Assembly (NCBI RefSeq): GCF_009914755.1
Contig: NC_060944.1
Reading direction: 5' to 3' (one strand)
From: the human T2T-CHM13v2.0 reference genome, Homo sapiens
DNA length: 64,000 nt
Shown: positions 40,306 through 54,169 of the stretch, piece after piece
Position numbering within the stretch: position 1 is the first letter of the stretch
Layout: every line of letters starts with the position of its first letter
Notes under the pieces: model-generated
Databases searched by the model: none
What the model was told of the DNA's origin: nothing
What the model saw: the letters and a program-made list of their open reading frames with translations, nothing else
Program-made: the position numbers and the translations under genes

Positions 40306-43300
40306 GTCATGAAAGTTGTATGACATTCGGGTAGCCTAAAAGGAATGCCATCAGGAAAGTCTAATAATCGTGAATGATTTTCCCTAAGGGTCTCCTCATC
40401 TCGTCACTTATTTAGAACTTCCCTGGGGTCTTTCCAGACCACTCTTCACCCACCCTGTGCTTATTCCTCTATCTCCTTTTCTTCTGGGCTTCATGTGATA
40501 ATGCCAACCTGTGTTGAAAGATTAATTCAAGCCTTTCCTCCTTGTGTCCTTTGCCTGTATCCTGAGGGTTATGGGAAGTGGCTTGGGAGCAAGGAGAGGT
40601 GGGATTACATGGCAACCAGTGGGCTCCTTCTGGATCTGGTTCCTGGCCCAAGTGTTACCTTCCTGCCACCCAGGCTCAGCTTGCCTACTGCACCCCTGCA
40701 CTGCTACTCACTCTATGTTATGTTTCTTTTCTTTTCTTATAAGAGTAATCACCCTCTTAAGTTCCCTGGTGAACTTCTCTGGGTAGGTGGGTCTGGAACC
40801 CAATGGATGTTCCACAGAACGTTACTGAATGCTTTTACTATGACAGGGAAGACCATCTCCCTCTGAAGTTTATTTTCTTGTTTTTATCTGCTTTCCCTCT
40901 AGAGGGTTAAGATGAAGCGGTCTTTTTTTTTCCTGGTCCACTGCAATATTTCCAGGACCTGAATGGCTCCTAGCACATGGTAAACATCTAATAAGTATGT
41001 GTGAAGTAAATAATTGGATTAGTCATTGAGTACTCAATGTGTCCTGTGAATCCAGTAGGTGGAGGAAGCACCATTGCTGCCATGGTTCTAAGGGTCATTT
41101 CTCACAACTATTTCTTAGGTAGCTGTATAGCTATGAACCTAAACCCCTTGCAATCCTATTGTTACTGACTTTTGTCTTGCTAATATCTAAGCATTCCTTA
41201 TCCTCCCTCTCTTCTCACTAACCATTGAGGATTACAATGGCTAGACTAAGACATACTCCAGGAAATCAGCCCACAGGGTGTGATGGGACCCTGGAAGTGG
41301 CTTCCCATCTTCTGTCTCTGCATTGGTCAGTGGCTAGAAATGTCTGGCTGTAACTAAGAAATAGCTACAAAATTTGGAGCCTGACAACTGCCCCTGTTTA
41401 CTTGCATATTTGTTGCCACAGAGGGCATAATTATAGACAGAGATTGAGAATGGCAGTAATGATGTGTCAGCCTCATAAGGTGCTCAGGGTGTGTCAGGCT
41501 GTGAACACTGTGCTTCGTCTGTGGCAGTGTCTCCCTTAATCCTCACACCAGCCCTTCCTGGATGGGAGGTGGGGGTGGTTCCCACTGAGGCATCACTAAT
41601 TCTAAAAACAACTACCTGGTCAAATGTAAATGCAAATTCTAAGCCAGCTTATTAGGCGAATGTCAGTGAAAATAATTTTAATAGCATTCTTGCATTAGGA
41701 AGAAGCCTTAATGAAAACACAATTTTAACATAATTAGATTGAAATAGTTCAGCACTGCATACATAATCTGAAATGATCTTACTTAAGTTCACCTAGCACA
41801 TTGACAAGTCACCGTTGTAAGCTTTTAAGAAATGGATTTCTAATATTTGATTTTTCTTAGTGTTTATTCAAAATTTAATTTTACCATTAAAATTTGCATT
41901 ATATGGCTCATTAAGGCAACACCTTTCTCATTACTGTAACAAGAAGACACGTTCAAACAAAGGCACTTCAGAGTGCTTGGGCCTTTCTGAAGGTCCACAC
42001 CTCACAGGCCTTCTTTGAGCTGGCCAGTGTTTCTTGCTCTTAGTCACAGATATCTTCTCTCACATTGATAAGAATGGACATTTTCTGTCAAATTCTAAGT
42101 CGTTAAAAAATAGCCTACATTTTCATTGACCTCCTTCTTTTTAGAGTCTATTTCTGAAAACCAATGCTTTCTTTCAGTAGCGTGTCCCTGCTATCTCCTC
42201 TTCACTGTTTGTGGGTAGGGAGTGAGGGTAGGAGTGGGGATGACAGTCTGCTAGAAGCCCTTCAAAAGAAGGGGAGGACAACACTGCCCAGCGCCATCAC
42301 CACACAGATTGTCCCATAGTGCTGGGAGACAGGGATGGCAAGTTCACAGCAGGAATATTTTTTCCACTGTACTGGTATGTGCCAAATGTTTATGTAGAGG
42401 GGGTAATTAGGTGCTGTTTTTGGTGAACGAAGCACCCCATGGGCTTGGTGGGGTCTTGGAGACAGCACGTGCTGTGTGCTAGAACAACCTGCAGTGAGAG
42501 ATGACACAGGCTTGCATCTGGTTGTCCCACTTCTGGATTGTGTCACTTTGGGCTACTTTCTTCACTTTGTTAAACTCCAATTTCCTTATATATGAATTGA
42601 GGGTAAAGGGAAGTGATAAGTTCCCAAGGTCTTTGGAGGCTTACTATTTAATGAACACATTCTTACATAGTACCCTCTTTGACAGGAGGTAAGAAGTCAA
42701 GTTGTAGTATTTCCAGCCTCACCCTCAGGATATCCCACCAATTTCTAAGGTAGACCAGTGTCTCCCTAGGACTCGTACAAAGCTGGGAATCTGACAGCAA
42801 GGAAGAGGCATGGGGACATTGCCCGATGTGTAGAAAACCACCATGTCTGCCACAACATGCAACACCAGAAGAGAGAAGAAGAACCCATGTGGAGAGAAAC
42901 CTCATCCAAGGAACTGAAGAAAATCCCCATAGTGAGCCCTCCTGGCTGCTTCTTCCTCGCTTGTGCTTAAGACAACTCCTGTTTTTCGTTCCACCCACCC
43001 ACTGCCCAATCTTCCTTTTTTCCCAATGTTCATTTTTACTAAATGTCATCTCCACTCATGCAGGGGCTTAGACCCCAAACCCAAGTTTTATTCTTACTTT
43101 CTTACTTTCCCACATAGTCAGTGTCCAATCCACGAGCAAGAGTTGTTGACACAAACCTCAAACACCTCTCATCCCCTCCACTGATGCCCTAATGGTCCAA
43201 ACCATCTATTATCTCTTTGTAGTTCTTGGGACCACTGGAGCTGCTAAGTAAACATTCTTCTTCTTCTATGCTTTGCCCCTAACCCACGGCAGACAGGAAT

Positions 43301-44259
43301 CTTTAAAAATGTAAATCTGATCATATCACTTCCATCCTTAAAGCTCTCCAATAGTGTCCCATTGAACAAAATGAAATCTCTGCAGAAATAAACCTCTGGA
43401 GAAATATAGATTGACTACAATCCTCAGCCCCTAAATTATACTGCAGAGGGGAGGATGCTTAGGATTCAGATAAAATGGGAAGGAAGTCAGTGACAGTGTA
43501 GTCACCGTAAGCCAGAGGTAGAAAGTCCAGTCAGAACCACTCACTCATAAGCATGCTGAAAAGTGGAAAAGCAACTATGCAAATAAACTTCAGCAAAAAA
43601 GAAGAGACATAGTGTGCTCTGTCCATTAGGATGATTCCAGCTGCAACTATCAGAACATCTTGCAAGAAACGTCTGAGACAAACAGGAATTTTTTCCCTCA
43701 TATAACAAGTCTGGAGGTGGGGAGCTGATTGATCTCAGTGCTCTGGGTCAGCAGCTGTGCGGTTCTCTCAGAACTGGCCTCCTGATCACTAAATGACTTC
43801 AGTAGCTTAGTGCATCGCATCCCCACCGCACAGTCACTGGAAGGGGTAGGGGCAATGCGGGGCTGTTCTCCTCTGCTCACTTCCTATTCTCTCACTGCAG
43901 AGAATCAGTCCTTCCCAGAATCTTCCCAGCAGAGCTCAGAATTTGCCTTAAGTCACTTTGGCCAGGACTGTGTCACAAATCACTGCAGCCCACTGGTCTG
44001 GCACATCTTATCTGAGATCAAGGATCTCCCCTCAAGGCCTGAATAAGGTTGGGGTTCTGTAAGTAAAAAAGGGGGGAATATTGCCCAAATAAGTGGGCAA
44101 CCACAATGGCTGCACCATGTGCAGAAAAGGGAGAGGAAGAAGCCAGACTGGAAAAGGCATAATGCAGGAAGCAGAAGAAAGTTCCCCACCAGCGAAGGCT
44201 TCATTTCGTGTTATCGAGGCGCTAATGAAGGACATGAACTAAGGAAGAAGACGGAGTCA

Positions 44260-44535
44260 CTCAATAACTTAATGCAATGTGTGATTCTAGACTGGCTCCT
44301 GGACAGAAAAAGGACGTTGGTGAGGCAAGTGGTAAGATTGGAGTAGATCCAAAGGCTGGTTCACAGGGCTGCGTTACTCTTAATTTTCTGGTTTTGATAC
44401 TTGCACTGTGATTATATAAGATATTAACTTTTGAGGAAGCTGGGTGCAAGACATATGAAAGAAAATTCTTCGTACTATTTTTGTAACCTTTTCATAAGTC
44501 TGAAATTATTTCAAAGTGAAAATTAAAAAATAAAA
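44260..44535 (+). mobile_element. Old L1 (L1MC/MD-type) 3' end
   Basis: aatgcaatgtgtgattctagactgg..gtactatttttgtaac..taagtctgaaattatttcaaa. Confidence 0.75.
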
Positions 44536-44876
44536 AAACTCAAAAACAAGAAATTGAAAAAATTGTATGAAATAAGTTTTTTTTAAGCTAAGAGCATAAA
44601 TTGAGAAACTACTTCTATCCATAACTTGTACATATAGCAGGAATTACCAAGAATATACCTAACAGGGCTAAAAGCTGTGTAAGTGACCCAGAAAAAGCCT
44701 GAGATAATGACAATTAACTATAATTAGACAATTAATGAAACATCATAGATATAGAAGACAAATAACTTATGTTTAAACACTTTGTTTGCTTATGTCCTCA
44801 TTTTTCACAGCCAGAGTCAGATATTGTCAAAAGTTGAAATGTATCCTCAGTAATAATGACTACAATCTTATAAAGG

Positions 44877-45080
44877 TTTTTTTTCTTTCCTTTTCTTTCT
44901 TTCTTTGTTTCCTTCTCTTTCTTTTTTCAGATGGGGTCTTGCTATGTTGCCCAGGCTAGAGTGCAGAGCTATTCTCCAACATGATCATAGCACACTGCAG
45001 TCTCAAACTCCTGGCCTCAAACGATCCTTCTGCCTCAACCTCCTGAGCAGTTGAAACTACAGGTGCACTGCACCACGCGA
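44877..45080 (-). mobile_element. FAM-type fossil Alu monomer with CT-rich tail
   Basis: Single arm retaining the 7SL-like gctattc segment. Confidence 0.7.
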
Positions 45081-45094
45081 AACTTTCATAAAGG

Positions 45095-45392
45095 TTTTTT
45101 TTTTTTCTTTTTGAGACAGAATCTCGCTCTGTCACACAGGCTAGGGTACAGTGGCGTGATCTCCACTCAGTGCGACCTTTGCCTCCTGGGATCAAGTGAT
45201 CATCACCTCAGGCTCCCAGGTAGCTGGGACTACAAGCCAGCACCAACATGCCTGGCTAATTTTTTGTATTTTTTGTAGAGACAAGGCTTGCCATGTTGCC
45301 CAGGCTTGTCTCAACCTCCTGAGCTCGAGCAATCCATCCACCTTGGCTTCCCAAAGTGCTGGGATTAGAAGTGTGAAGTCACTGCACCTAGT
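45095..45392 (-). mobile_element. AluJ
   Basis: Complete diverged dimer. Confidence 0.88.
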
Positions 45393-48300
45393 CTTATAAA
45401 GGTTTTTATACTCATTTTATTTTAACTTTAAAGAATTGTTTAGAAATGATTACTTCCTGCAGCGGGAAAATATTATCTGATTTCTAGCGATTTATCATGT
45501 TTTACTTCAACATCTTTTTCTTTTGTTAAAGTAAAAATACTTTAGTTAATTCAATTGAAACGGTATAAATACGGTGATGCTATGTTCTGAGGTCATCTGT
45601 GTATCCCTATCTAGTTGTCTTTCTGTTTGTCTGCCTATTTATCTATCTTTCTGTCTGTCTATATGCAAAGATGGATGTTTTAGATAGTATTTACCAACCT
45701 CTAACACTGGTTGTTTCAGTTTACATAATTTTGGGCGATTTCTGTTGCTTTCTTTATACTGCTTTGAATTTTAAAAATTCAGAAATTTTCAAGGGAGCAT
45801 GTGTTTTATTATTTTAAAAACGTAAAAGAACAGATGGATTTAAAAAACAACACAACTTACATAGATTGAGATGGGATCAATAACATTGCTGTGTGATGCA
45901 TGTTTCAGTGTGAATAGAACCAGCATTCAAAATAGTGATTGTTCCTCCTGTTCCTGCCTGGAATGCCTTCTTATTGCTTCTCTTCTCATCCTGTCTCACT
46001 CTCCTCTTTGTTTAGCCTCCCTTCTTTCAAGACCTAGTTTAGGCAAAGATCACTCTCTCTCTCTTCTGTGACATTTCATCCTATTAACTGTCTGTGTCGT
46101 TGAGGCAGAATCTGTCTATGACTCATCCAGGGCAGGGGCCAGCTTGTCTCTATGCAATCTTCATACCCATCACAATGCTTCATGCATGTTATAAGATTCA
46201 AAAATGATAAACCCTGGGTTATCAAAAGGCAGGGGAACATCACTGAGTGGGAAAGGTGATGCAGAGACGAGTTGGAATAGAAACACCAATAAATATAAAC
46301 ACTTGGAGTTTACGGAATGCTTGTGGCAGAAGGTGCCTTACATGCCAAGAGACAATTACTCCAAGTCTGCAATACATAACCACTAGCTGTTATTAATATC
46401 TTAAGGGAAATTTTCAGCCCGAAAATTAATATCACTGACTGGTTCTTAGTTGTTGTATGGTTTCTTTTCCTTCAGGTTAGAGTTCTTAATTCTTCTGTTC
46501 CCTTGTTTCTCCAGTTGTAAACTTAAGATGATGACGTCTTCTGTAGATATCACTTGTCAAGTGTGCACAAATAACCTGTACCAGGAAGCTAAAGTCTGCT
46601 CCCAGGCCACTTGGCTGATACCTGACCAGGATGCTGACCTCCTCTATGGAGTTCTGTTTCCTTATCTCTGCACTGGGCAGCCCTGAGTTGGCCTTCCTCT
46701 GAAGGGCTGCCTCTTGGCACAGCTCCTAGCCAGTGATAAAGGACTTGACAAACATGGTGTGCTGAATCATATCTGCTGTGGGAGGGTGAGCCAGAGGTGA
46801 GGCATTGATATGGAGAAGGATGGCGACATATTTCTGATACCTACTGTGGGCGCCTATGAGCAAAAGTCTTTCCTGGATGTAGTTATGCAGCACCACACAC
46901 TAACAATATTCATCATCATCATCATAGCTACCACTGAATTGGGGGCTTTCTCTGTCCCAGGTAGGGGAATGCTTGGCAGATTTGACACCTCAAGTTGGTC
47001 GTTTTTTAACCATGCACCTTATGACACAATTATTTTCAGTACCAATCATGAAATAAATCAAGTAATAATAGTGGTTAGAAAAGAAACATGAACATGGAAC
47101 ACTTTTAATGAACTTTGCATATTTAATCATGCCAACAAATAATAATAACAAAGAGCAAAAAAGCAAACAAGAAAATAGATTAATTCTTTTAAATAGAATT
47201 AATGTATATTTTGGAAAAAATACAGAAGAATGGATTCTGCAAGTTTCAGAGAATGATTTATGCATAAATGACAAGATTGAAGTAATTTAAATTCTGGTTT
47301 TTCAGCTTTATAATCAGTTTGTAATCATTTCTCCTGGCTCCAAACCACTGTTCAAATGCAAAAGTCAGAGACTCCAATTGCACACAAAGTAGCTCAAAAA
47401 TTCTGAACCCTAATGATCTTACTCTAGACATCAGTGCACATAGCTAAGTCCATGTATGTTATGTCCATGGCTGACTGTATAATTGACCGACTCATGTAAA
47501 TAAAATCTTTACTAAAGGATGGGTAATAAAAATGTGCTAATTTGACATTTACCTAAGTATTATGCTATTAAAACTCAACAGTAATCACAGTAATTGTTTA
47601 GAATTTGTTTTAGATCAGCAATTCTTTCCCCCAGGTAGGCATATTTTACCACAAATAACGTCTGGAATTTTCAATGCAGGATGATACTTCAAGTTATTGT
47701 TGCTTTTAACTTTTGTAGAGACCGTGAATCCCCTGATTGCTGACTCCCTGGTCCCAGCACTGTGCTGATGAATTCCTGATGTCCACGGAGCTACTACAAG
47801 ATCTGAGATTTATAGCTCTGAAACTTCAGAAGATAATCGAGATGATACCTTTGGATAAAGAACCTGAATGTATCAACTAGACTGTTTGAAAAGACACATT
47901 TTAATAAATAACCTGAATATATAAGCCAGATTGTTTCAAGGGCTGTAGAAGAAACATTTTAAATCCTTTCTCTGAAAAAACTATTAAAAACACAGAAAAC
48001 GGGATACTAATAGAAACAATCCAGAAAGGCTTAGCAGGACAACTCAGCAAAACAACACATCAATGACCACTTTTAACAGTCTGTGGAAGTCTTTTGCCAG
48101 TAAGGGAAGCCATGGAGTTGTCCTTGATGCTTTTGTTTTTAGTCCTGTAACCTAGTCATTAAAACCTCCCATGGAACTTTTGCTTGGTGGCATCTTGGAT
48201 TGGGAGAAGACAACGGTCTTCTTGTCTGTCACCTACACATGTCAACGGTTGAGAGCTATAAATCAGTACATCCAAAAAAATTGCTCTTTCCTTGATGTAA

Positions 48301-51001
48301 TCCCAAACGTATCCAACATACAAATGAAATTAGCTTCCTATAATTTAGTTGTCTTGTTCACATACCTCAAGATAAGCTTCTTCCAAGACGCCATTCCCAA
48401 AGAATAAAAATTAGAAGATCAAGAAGGAGCAGATTCAGTTTTGCCTAAGTCTCATTACATCATCACAATCGTCTGTTGATCAAGTGTTCCACTATTCTTT
48501 CCAGTTTTCATTTTTAAGGCACTTCAAGAGATAATGCCAGCTGGTTAATTCTGGTGCTCATATAATACATCACAAATGCATGAGACAGATTGGATAAGTA
48601 TAGCTACATATCAATTAGTGGAAAATCATTGATGTTTGGGTGCATTTTTATTCAATTCAACTATTCTGATACAAAACAATTTTTTAAGAATTCAGCCAAA
48701 AATGATAAGTTCCTCAGTCATATAAAATAATTGGCTAACTTCAGTTCACTGTTTAATGGTTTTCCTGGATTCTGTAGAGAGCTACAGTCAGCAAAGGTGA
48801 CACATGCCTGAGACCTGGAGCCATTACTCACTCAGCAAATAATCCTATCACTGGGCTCACGGGAGAATTATCTTTCACATCTGCACCTTCAACAGGCTTG
48901 TCCCACCTCCCAAGCAAAAAAGGGAAAAGAAACCCGAGTGAAGCATCTAAGGCATTAGTTCTTTGACATATGTAATTTTTTACCTGTTAGTTTTTTGCAA
49001 CAAGTGCCAAATTCTGGCTTGAGTTAAACATAGCATCTAGGTAGTAGGAGCACAAGAGAGATAAGAAAAAGGTAAGGGCACAGTGAAGAGCTAGAGTTTA
49101 TCTTGAATTAAGGACAAAATCAATTTTTAAAGCACCAAGTTGGTAAATTAACGTGTGTGTGTATGTGTGTGTGTCTGTCGGTCTATCTGAATTTCAATAC
49201 AAGCACAAAGTATTAGGTTTTTCTTTATTTCCACTAAAGACAAAACAAGGAATTGACAAATCATTTCTCAAAGGATTAAGGTTAAACACAAAGAGGTCAT
49301 CCTGACAGTGTTGATGGGGCAGACACTGGGGATCGTTACCTAGGAGAGTTGGGGAATTTCTCTTCCTGGGGTGGGTTGGGGGAGGGGAATGGGGAAGGAG
49401 GGACTCACCTCTAGATGATTTCGGGGCAGTCTTGGCCTTGGGGATGTGACAACGTGTTCAATCTTCCAAGATCCATTCCATCTTAGGATTCCAGGATAAT
49501 AAAGGCCGAACAAACCGCTGGTGTCAAGATAGGTCACATTTTGTCTGAACTTTCTCAACAAGAGTGTTTGCATTTCCAGAAGACCTCTAGCTGATATTGT
49601 GATCAGCGCAGGGTTGAAGCAATATAAAGTTCTATTCAAATGATGTTACATTTAGTATTCATCTAGTGTCATTCTTCAGAGAAGCACATTTTGCCCTTCA
49701 AAAAGCACTCATTCATCTTGACAATGTTCTTGGTCAGCAGGTATTATTATGATAATACCTTCAGTTTATTTAGCAACCCTCACCCCTTTTCAGGCGAGGT
49801 CAAAGCCAGTCAGGCAGTCAGTCAACAACATTGATTGAAGTCTCTTAGTGTGTAGAGCTGTGTATTAAATCACCGTCAAACACCAGCCAGCCCAGACCTC
49901 ACCGCATACGGAGCACACCTTTGAGGCTGGCAGGCCACGGGCTGAATCTCGCCCCGAGAGGCCCTGCACCCCAGCCTCCTAGAGCCTCAGTCATCAGCTC
50001 GTATTTACTCACATTTAGCTCGGGTTGCAGCAAACCTCTCTACATACAAACTTTTGGAGACTTCTCCTCTGCAGACTCTGTCTGTGCCTGACAAGCCACA
50101 AGCATCCTCGCCAGGGTTCAGGCAGCTTAAGCTGCCCACGTAGTTAAAAGCAGGAAGCACACCATTGCCCAGAAATGGAAAGAGCAGACTGACAAACAAA
50201 ATTAGCTGAACTTTTTTAACTGAAGAAAAAGGGAAGGTGGTTTTCTGAGAGGTGGTGAGCACAGGTTCTTTCCCCAAATCTGTTTGCGTCCGGGTTGGAG
50301 TATACCTTGGACTCTGGCCCAGCTGCTCAATTCCCTGCATCTTACACAGGAAGACAGGCAAGGGCCCAGTTGGGGAGGGGACATATGCTCAAATGACACA
50401 GGAAATACAAGCTGATTGCCCAAAAACTAGGAGATAGAGCTAGGCAAAAAGGAAAAATAATTAAATGTCACTGGTAATGACACACCCCCAGGTGCCATCA
50501 CTTCTCGTTGAGATGAATGTCCACTCAAGCCATTGTCCTGTGTGTTTCTTTGTGTAACTGAAACTACATTATTCAAAATAGGACTATTTTACATACATGT
50601 CATCACATGAAGCAAATTGTCCCCTTTTAGAGTGCCCTTTGAACTTCTGTATTTTCCCACATACACCATGCATAGCACGCCTGTTAGATTTCCAAAACTG
50701 CTCCCTGAGAAACACTGGTGTTTACTTAGGAGACTCTCAAGTAACAAGCTGAAAAAAAAATCCAGTTTTACAAAAAATTATGAAATGCCAAAATGTAAAT
50801 TTATTGTATTTTAAAAATAACAAATTATGTGTTACTTTTATAAACAATTTTCTATCCAGTTTTTTACATAAAGAATATTGTACTTTTGTGTTCTAAGTTT
50901 AATCTGTTAGTAATTTCCATGATCTGTAAGTACAAAGACTCCTCAAAAGTAGCCTAAATGTCAATGTTTTAGGTGGTATGGGAATGTCAAAAATCCTCCT
51001 G

Positions 51002-51180
51002 GAGCCAAGTGTGGTGGTGTGCACCTGTAGTCCCAGCTACTTAGGAAGCTGAAGTGGGAAGATCACTTGAGACTAGGAGTTTGAGGCTGTAGTAAGCTAT
51101 GATTGAGCCTGTGAGTAGCCACCATACTCCAGCCTGGGTAACAGTGAGACTGCCTTTAAAACAAAACGAAACAAAACAAA
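51002..51180 (+). mobile_element. FAM-type fossil Alu monomer
   Basis: Monomer with cctgtgagtagccac segment and A-rich tail. Confidence 0.75.
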
Positions 51181-52209
51181 GCTCTTTCAGGACCCAGGTT
51201 CTTCTAGCTCTCCACGCCACCATCCCCAGTGGGTCGTCTTGCCTTCATCATCCAAGATGATGCTCTTTGTTCATTCTAGGCAGCAAGAAGGGGAAGGAGG
51301 GCTCACTGCTCATGTGTCATTTCCATTCACACTTTACTAACTTAAACTAGTCCATGGCCACTGCTGGCTCTTAAGGACTACAGAGCATGTCACTTTTGAT
51401 TAAGTGACAATGTGTACAGATAAGAATTAGATTCTGTTACTAAGGAAGGCCAGTAAATGAATATTAGAGATGAATATTAGAGGAATAACCTACAGTCTCT
51501 GCCTCATTGGGTGTCTGAAAGTTTAAGAAATTTTAAGTTAGAATATCACTTAATATTGGTCCCTAGGGAATTCGATTTAAAGATCACTATTAACTGAAAT
51601 CCATAGAAAATACCGAGACCTCATTTTAATGAATCTGCATTTATTTTCCTGTCCTTCACTAACAGGCTAATCCAAGATGGTGGTGCTCCAGCTCTGTGCC
51701 TCTGGATTTGAAAGCTTGGAGTGTAGAAGACTTCCATGGAGGGTGGAGAGGGAGCTGTGAGCTCCAGGCTGCGGCCGTCCGGTATAAGAGCCTCAGCTGA
51801 TCTCATGAGAGCTTGGCTACCTATGAATTCCCCTCTATGTCTGGCACCAGAACATGGCAAGAAAAAAAGTAGTTCCTGGAAATAGTTTTCTCCAAATAAA
51901 GCCAACATGCAAATAGTTTTCAATGTTCATTAACATTAACCTAGCTTCCCCAGTTTGGGATATTTGGGACTTAATGTGGAGTATTAATAACTTCAACTTT
52001 TATTCATCTTACACAAGCTTCTAAAAAGATCTAAAACACTAAAGATCTGAGAGTATTTCCTACTGTTTGAAATAAGTACTCAGCAACCCCGAGTTGTGAT
52101 TTTACTCTTTTATATTCAGCTCTCTCTTTGGCATGATGAAAATCCTGGGCTCACTTCATTTATTTATTTCTTTGTTTATTCATTTGACAGGCATTTGTAT
52201 TGAGCACTT

Positions 52210-52635
52210 TCTATGGTTGCAGATTGGCTTCTTCAGGAAAGAGACATGAGGTAGAGTTTTTGAAGAATGGTGTTTATTAAGGAGTACCTTCAGGGCCAAT
52301 GCCATGTGGAGAGCGGGGAGGAAGGAAGCAGGAGTAGGCAGAGGAAGCAGCTGCCAGCTCACCAGTATGGGAACTGCTGGGACCAGAAAAACCTTTTAAA
52401 TTGCTCAGATCAAGGTGGCCAGGCCAGGCCATTGTTCAGATCAAGGATGCCTACCACCATCAGTCCTGGGATGTGAGTCTCCCTGGGAATGGCCCTGACC
52501 TTGGATGAGGCAGCTTTCTGGAGGCAAGCCACCTCTGAAGGGCTCAGCAGCTGTAGACTGCCTGCGCCAGAACATCCAGTAGCTAGGCAACAAAACCTTT
52601 ACTGAAGAGGGATCGGGGCAGAGCATCCCCCTCAA
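52210..52635 (-). mobile_element. ERVL (LTR16-like) LTR
   Basis: caggaaagagacatgaggtagagttt..tgtttattaaggagt..tgaagggctcagcagctg. Confidence 0.55.
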
Positions 52636-53457
52636 AGGTCCTCCTTAGGGTTTCATGGCAGTGTTTGTTATAGTGGCTTAGCTAACCATAAGCACTAACC
52701 TGCAGTGCATTTCTCTTTCACATCACAGTTCCTGTGTGACTCGCCTAGGTGGCAGGAGTCCAGGGTTCTTTCCATGTTGTTCCTCTGCTATCCACAAGGA
52801 CGTCATCAACAGCCCTATGGCCAAGGTGCGATGGCTGCTGTGGTCAGGTTTCAGACAGTGAGAGGGAGACAGTGGAGAGGTGCATGTCATTGTCCTAAGG
52901 CCTGCTCCTGAAGGCGCGCACTTCACCTCCACTCACATTCCACTCAGAACATGTGGTCACATCTGCATCTAACTGCAAGGGAGTCTGGGAGATGTTACCC
53001 AGTTGGGCACCCATGTGACCAGTTCCAGATCCCTTACTGTGGAGGAAGGGACAAATAGATTACACCGGGCAACAGCCATCTTTGTTACAATGGACCGGTA
53101 ATTCCACTTCATGATAGCCTCTGCACACATTTTGCATGTACACCATAGGGATTTCTGTCTTGCAGACTGTATGCTCCTTGCACGCCACACGTCTTATGTA
53201 TCTCTGCCTCCATCAGGCAAGTGGCACAGTTATATGGCACTGTTCTGCACCTGGAATCTGGCCTACATCTAGTATTACATTGTATTGCATCTTGGTAAGA
53301 ACTGTAGAGGTTTAATCATGCCCTTGTCTGGTCCCGCCCTCAGAGCTTCTGATATCATTGGTCTGGGTTATAGCCTAGGTAATTGGGTTTTTAAAGTCTT
53401 CCCAAGTGATTCTTTTATGCCACCAAAGTTATTAATGGCTGGTTAAGAGGAAAAATG

Positions 53458-53790
53458 GGCCAGGTGCAGTGGCTCACACCTGTAATCCCAGCAACTTTAG
53501 AGGTGGAGGCAGGAGGATCATTTGAGACCAGGAGGTCAAGACCAGCCCAGTCAACATAATGAAACCCCCATCTCTACAAATAATTTTTAAATTAGCTGGG
53601 CATGGTGTCGCAGACCTGTAGTCTTAGCTACTCTGGAGGCTGAGGCAGGAAGATTGCTTGAGCCCAGATGTTCAGGGCTACAGTGAGCTATGATGGGGCC
53701 ACTGCACTCCAGCCTGGGTAACAGAGAGAGACCCAATCCCTAAAAAAAAAAAAAAAAGAAAAAGAAAAAAAGAGAAAGAAATGAGAAAGA
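53458..53790 (+). mobile_element. AluJ
   Basis: gcaggaggatc..gattgcttgagccc..gtgagctatgat with poly-A tail. Confidence 0.92.
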
Positions 53791-53814
53791 AATGAGCTTC
53801 TAGATCAATTAGCA

Positions 53815-53858
53815 GTGTGTGTGTGTGTGTGTTTGTGTGTGTATTTGTGTGTGTGTGT
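53815..53858. repeat. Imperfect (GT)n microsatellite
   Basis: Direct read. Confidence 0.9.
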
Positions 53859-54169
53859 AAGTGACTAAAATTCTCATATTTTAGTTCAAGCAGATGAGGG
53901 AAGTTAATGGCTCATGAGACTGAAACTTCCAGGAAGGTAGATCTGGCTTTAGGCATGGCTTGATTAAGCAACTGAAATGAAGTCTCTAGAACAAGGTCTA
54001 TCTTCCTCGGTCTTTGTCTCTCTCCTGTCCCCTGCCCTCCCTCCCTACTTCCCTGTCTCTGCTGCACCTCCTCATGTCTTTCCCTACTGAATTTGACTAG
54101 GATGCTAAGATGCTATCCAGATGCTTTTCAGATTAAGTCCAGCAGAAAAAAAGGCTTCCATTTGCCTCT

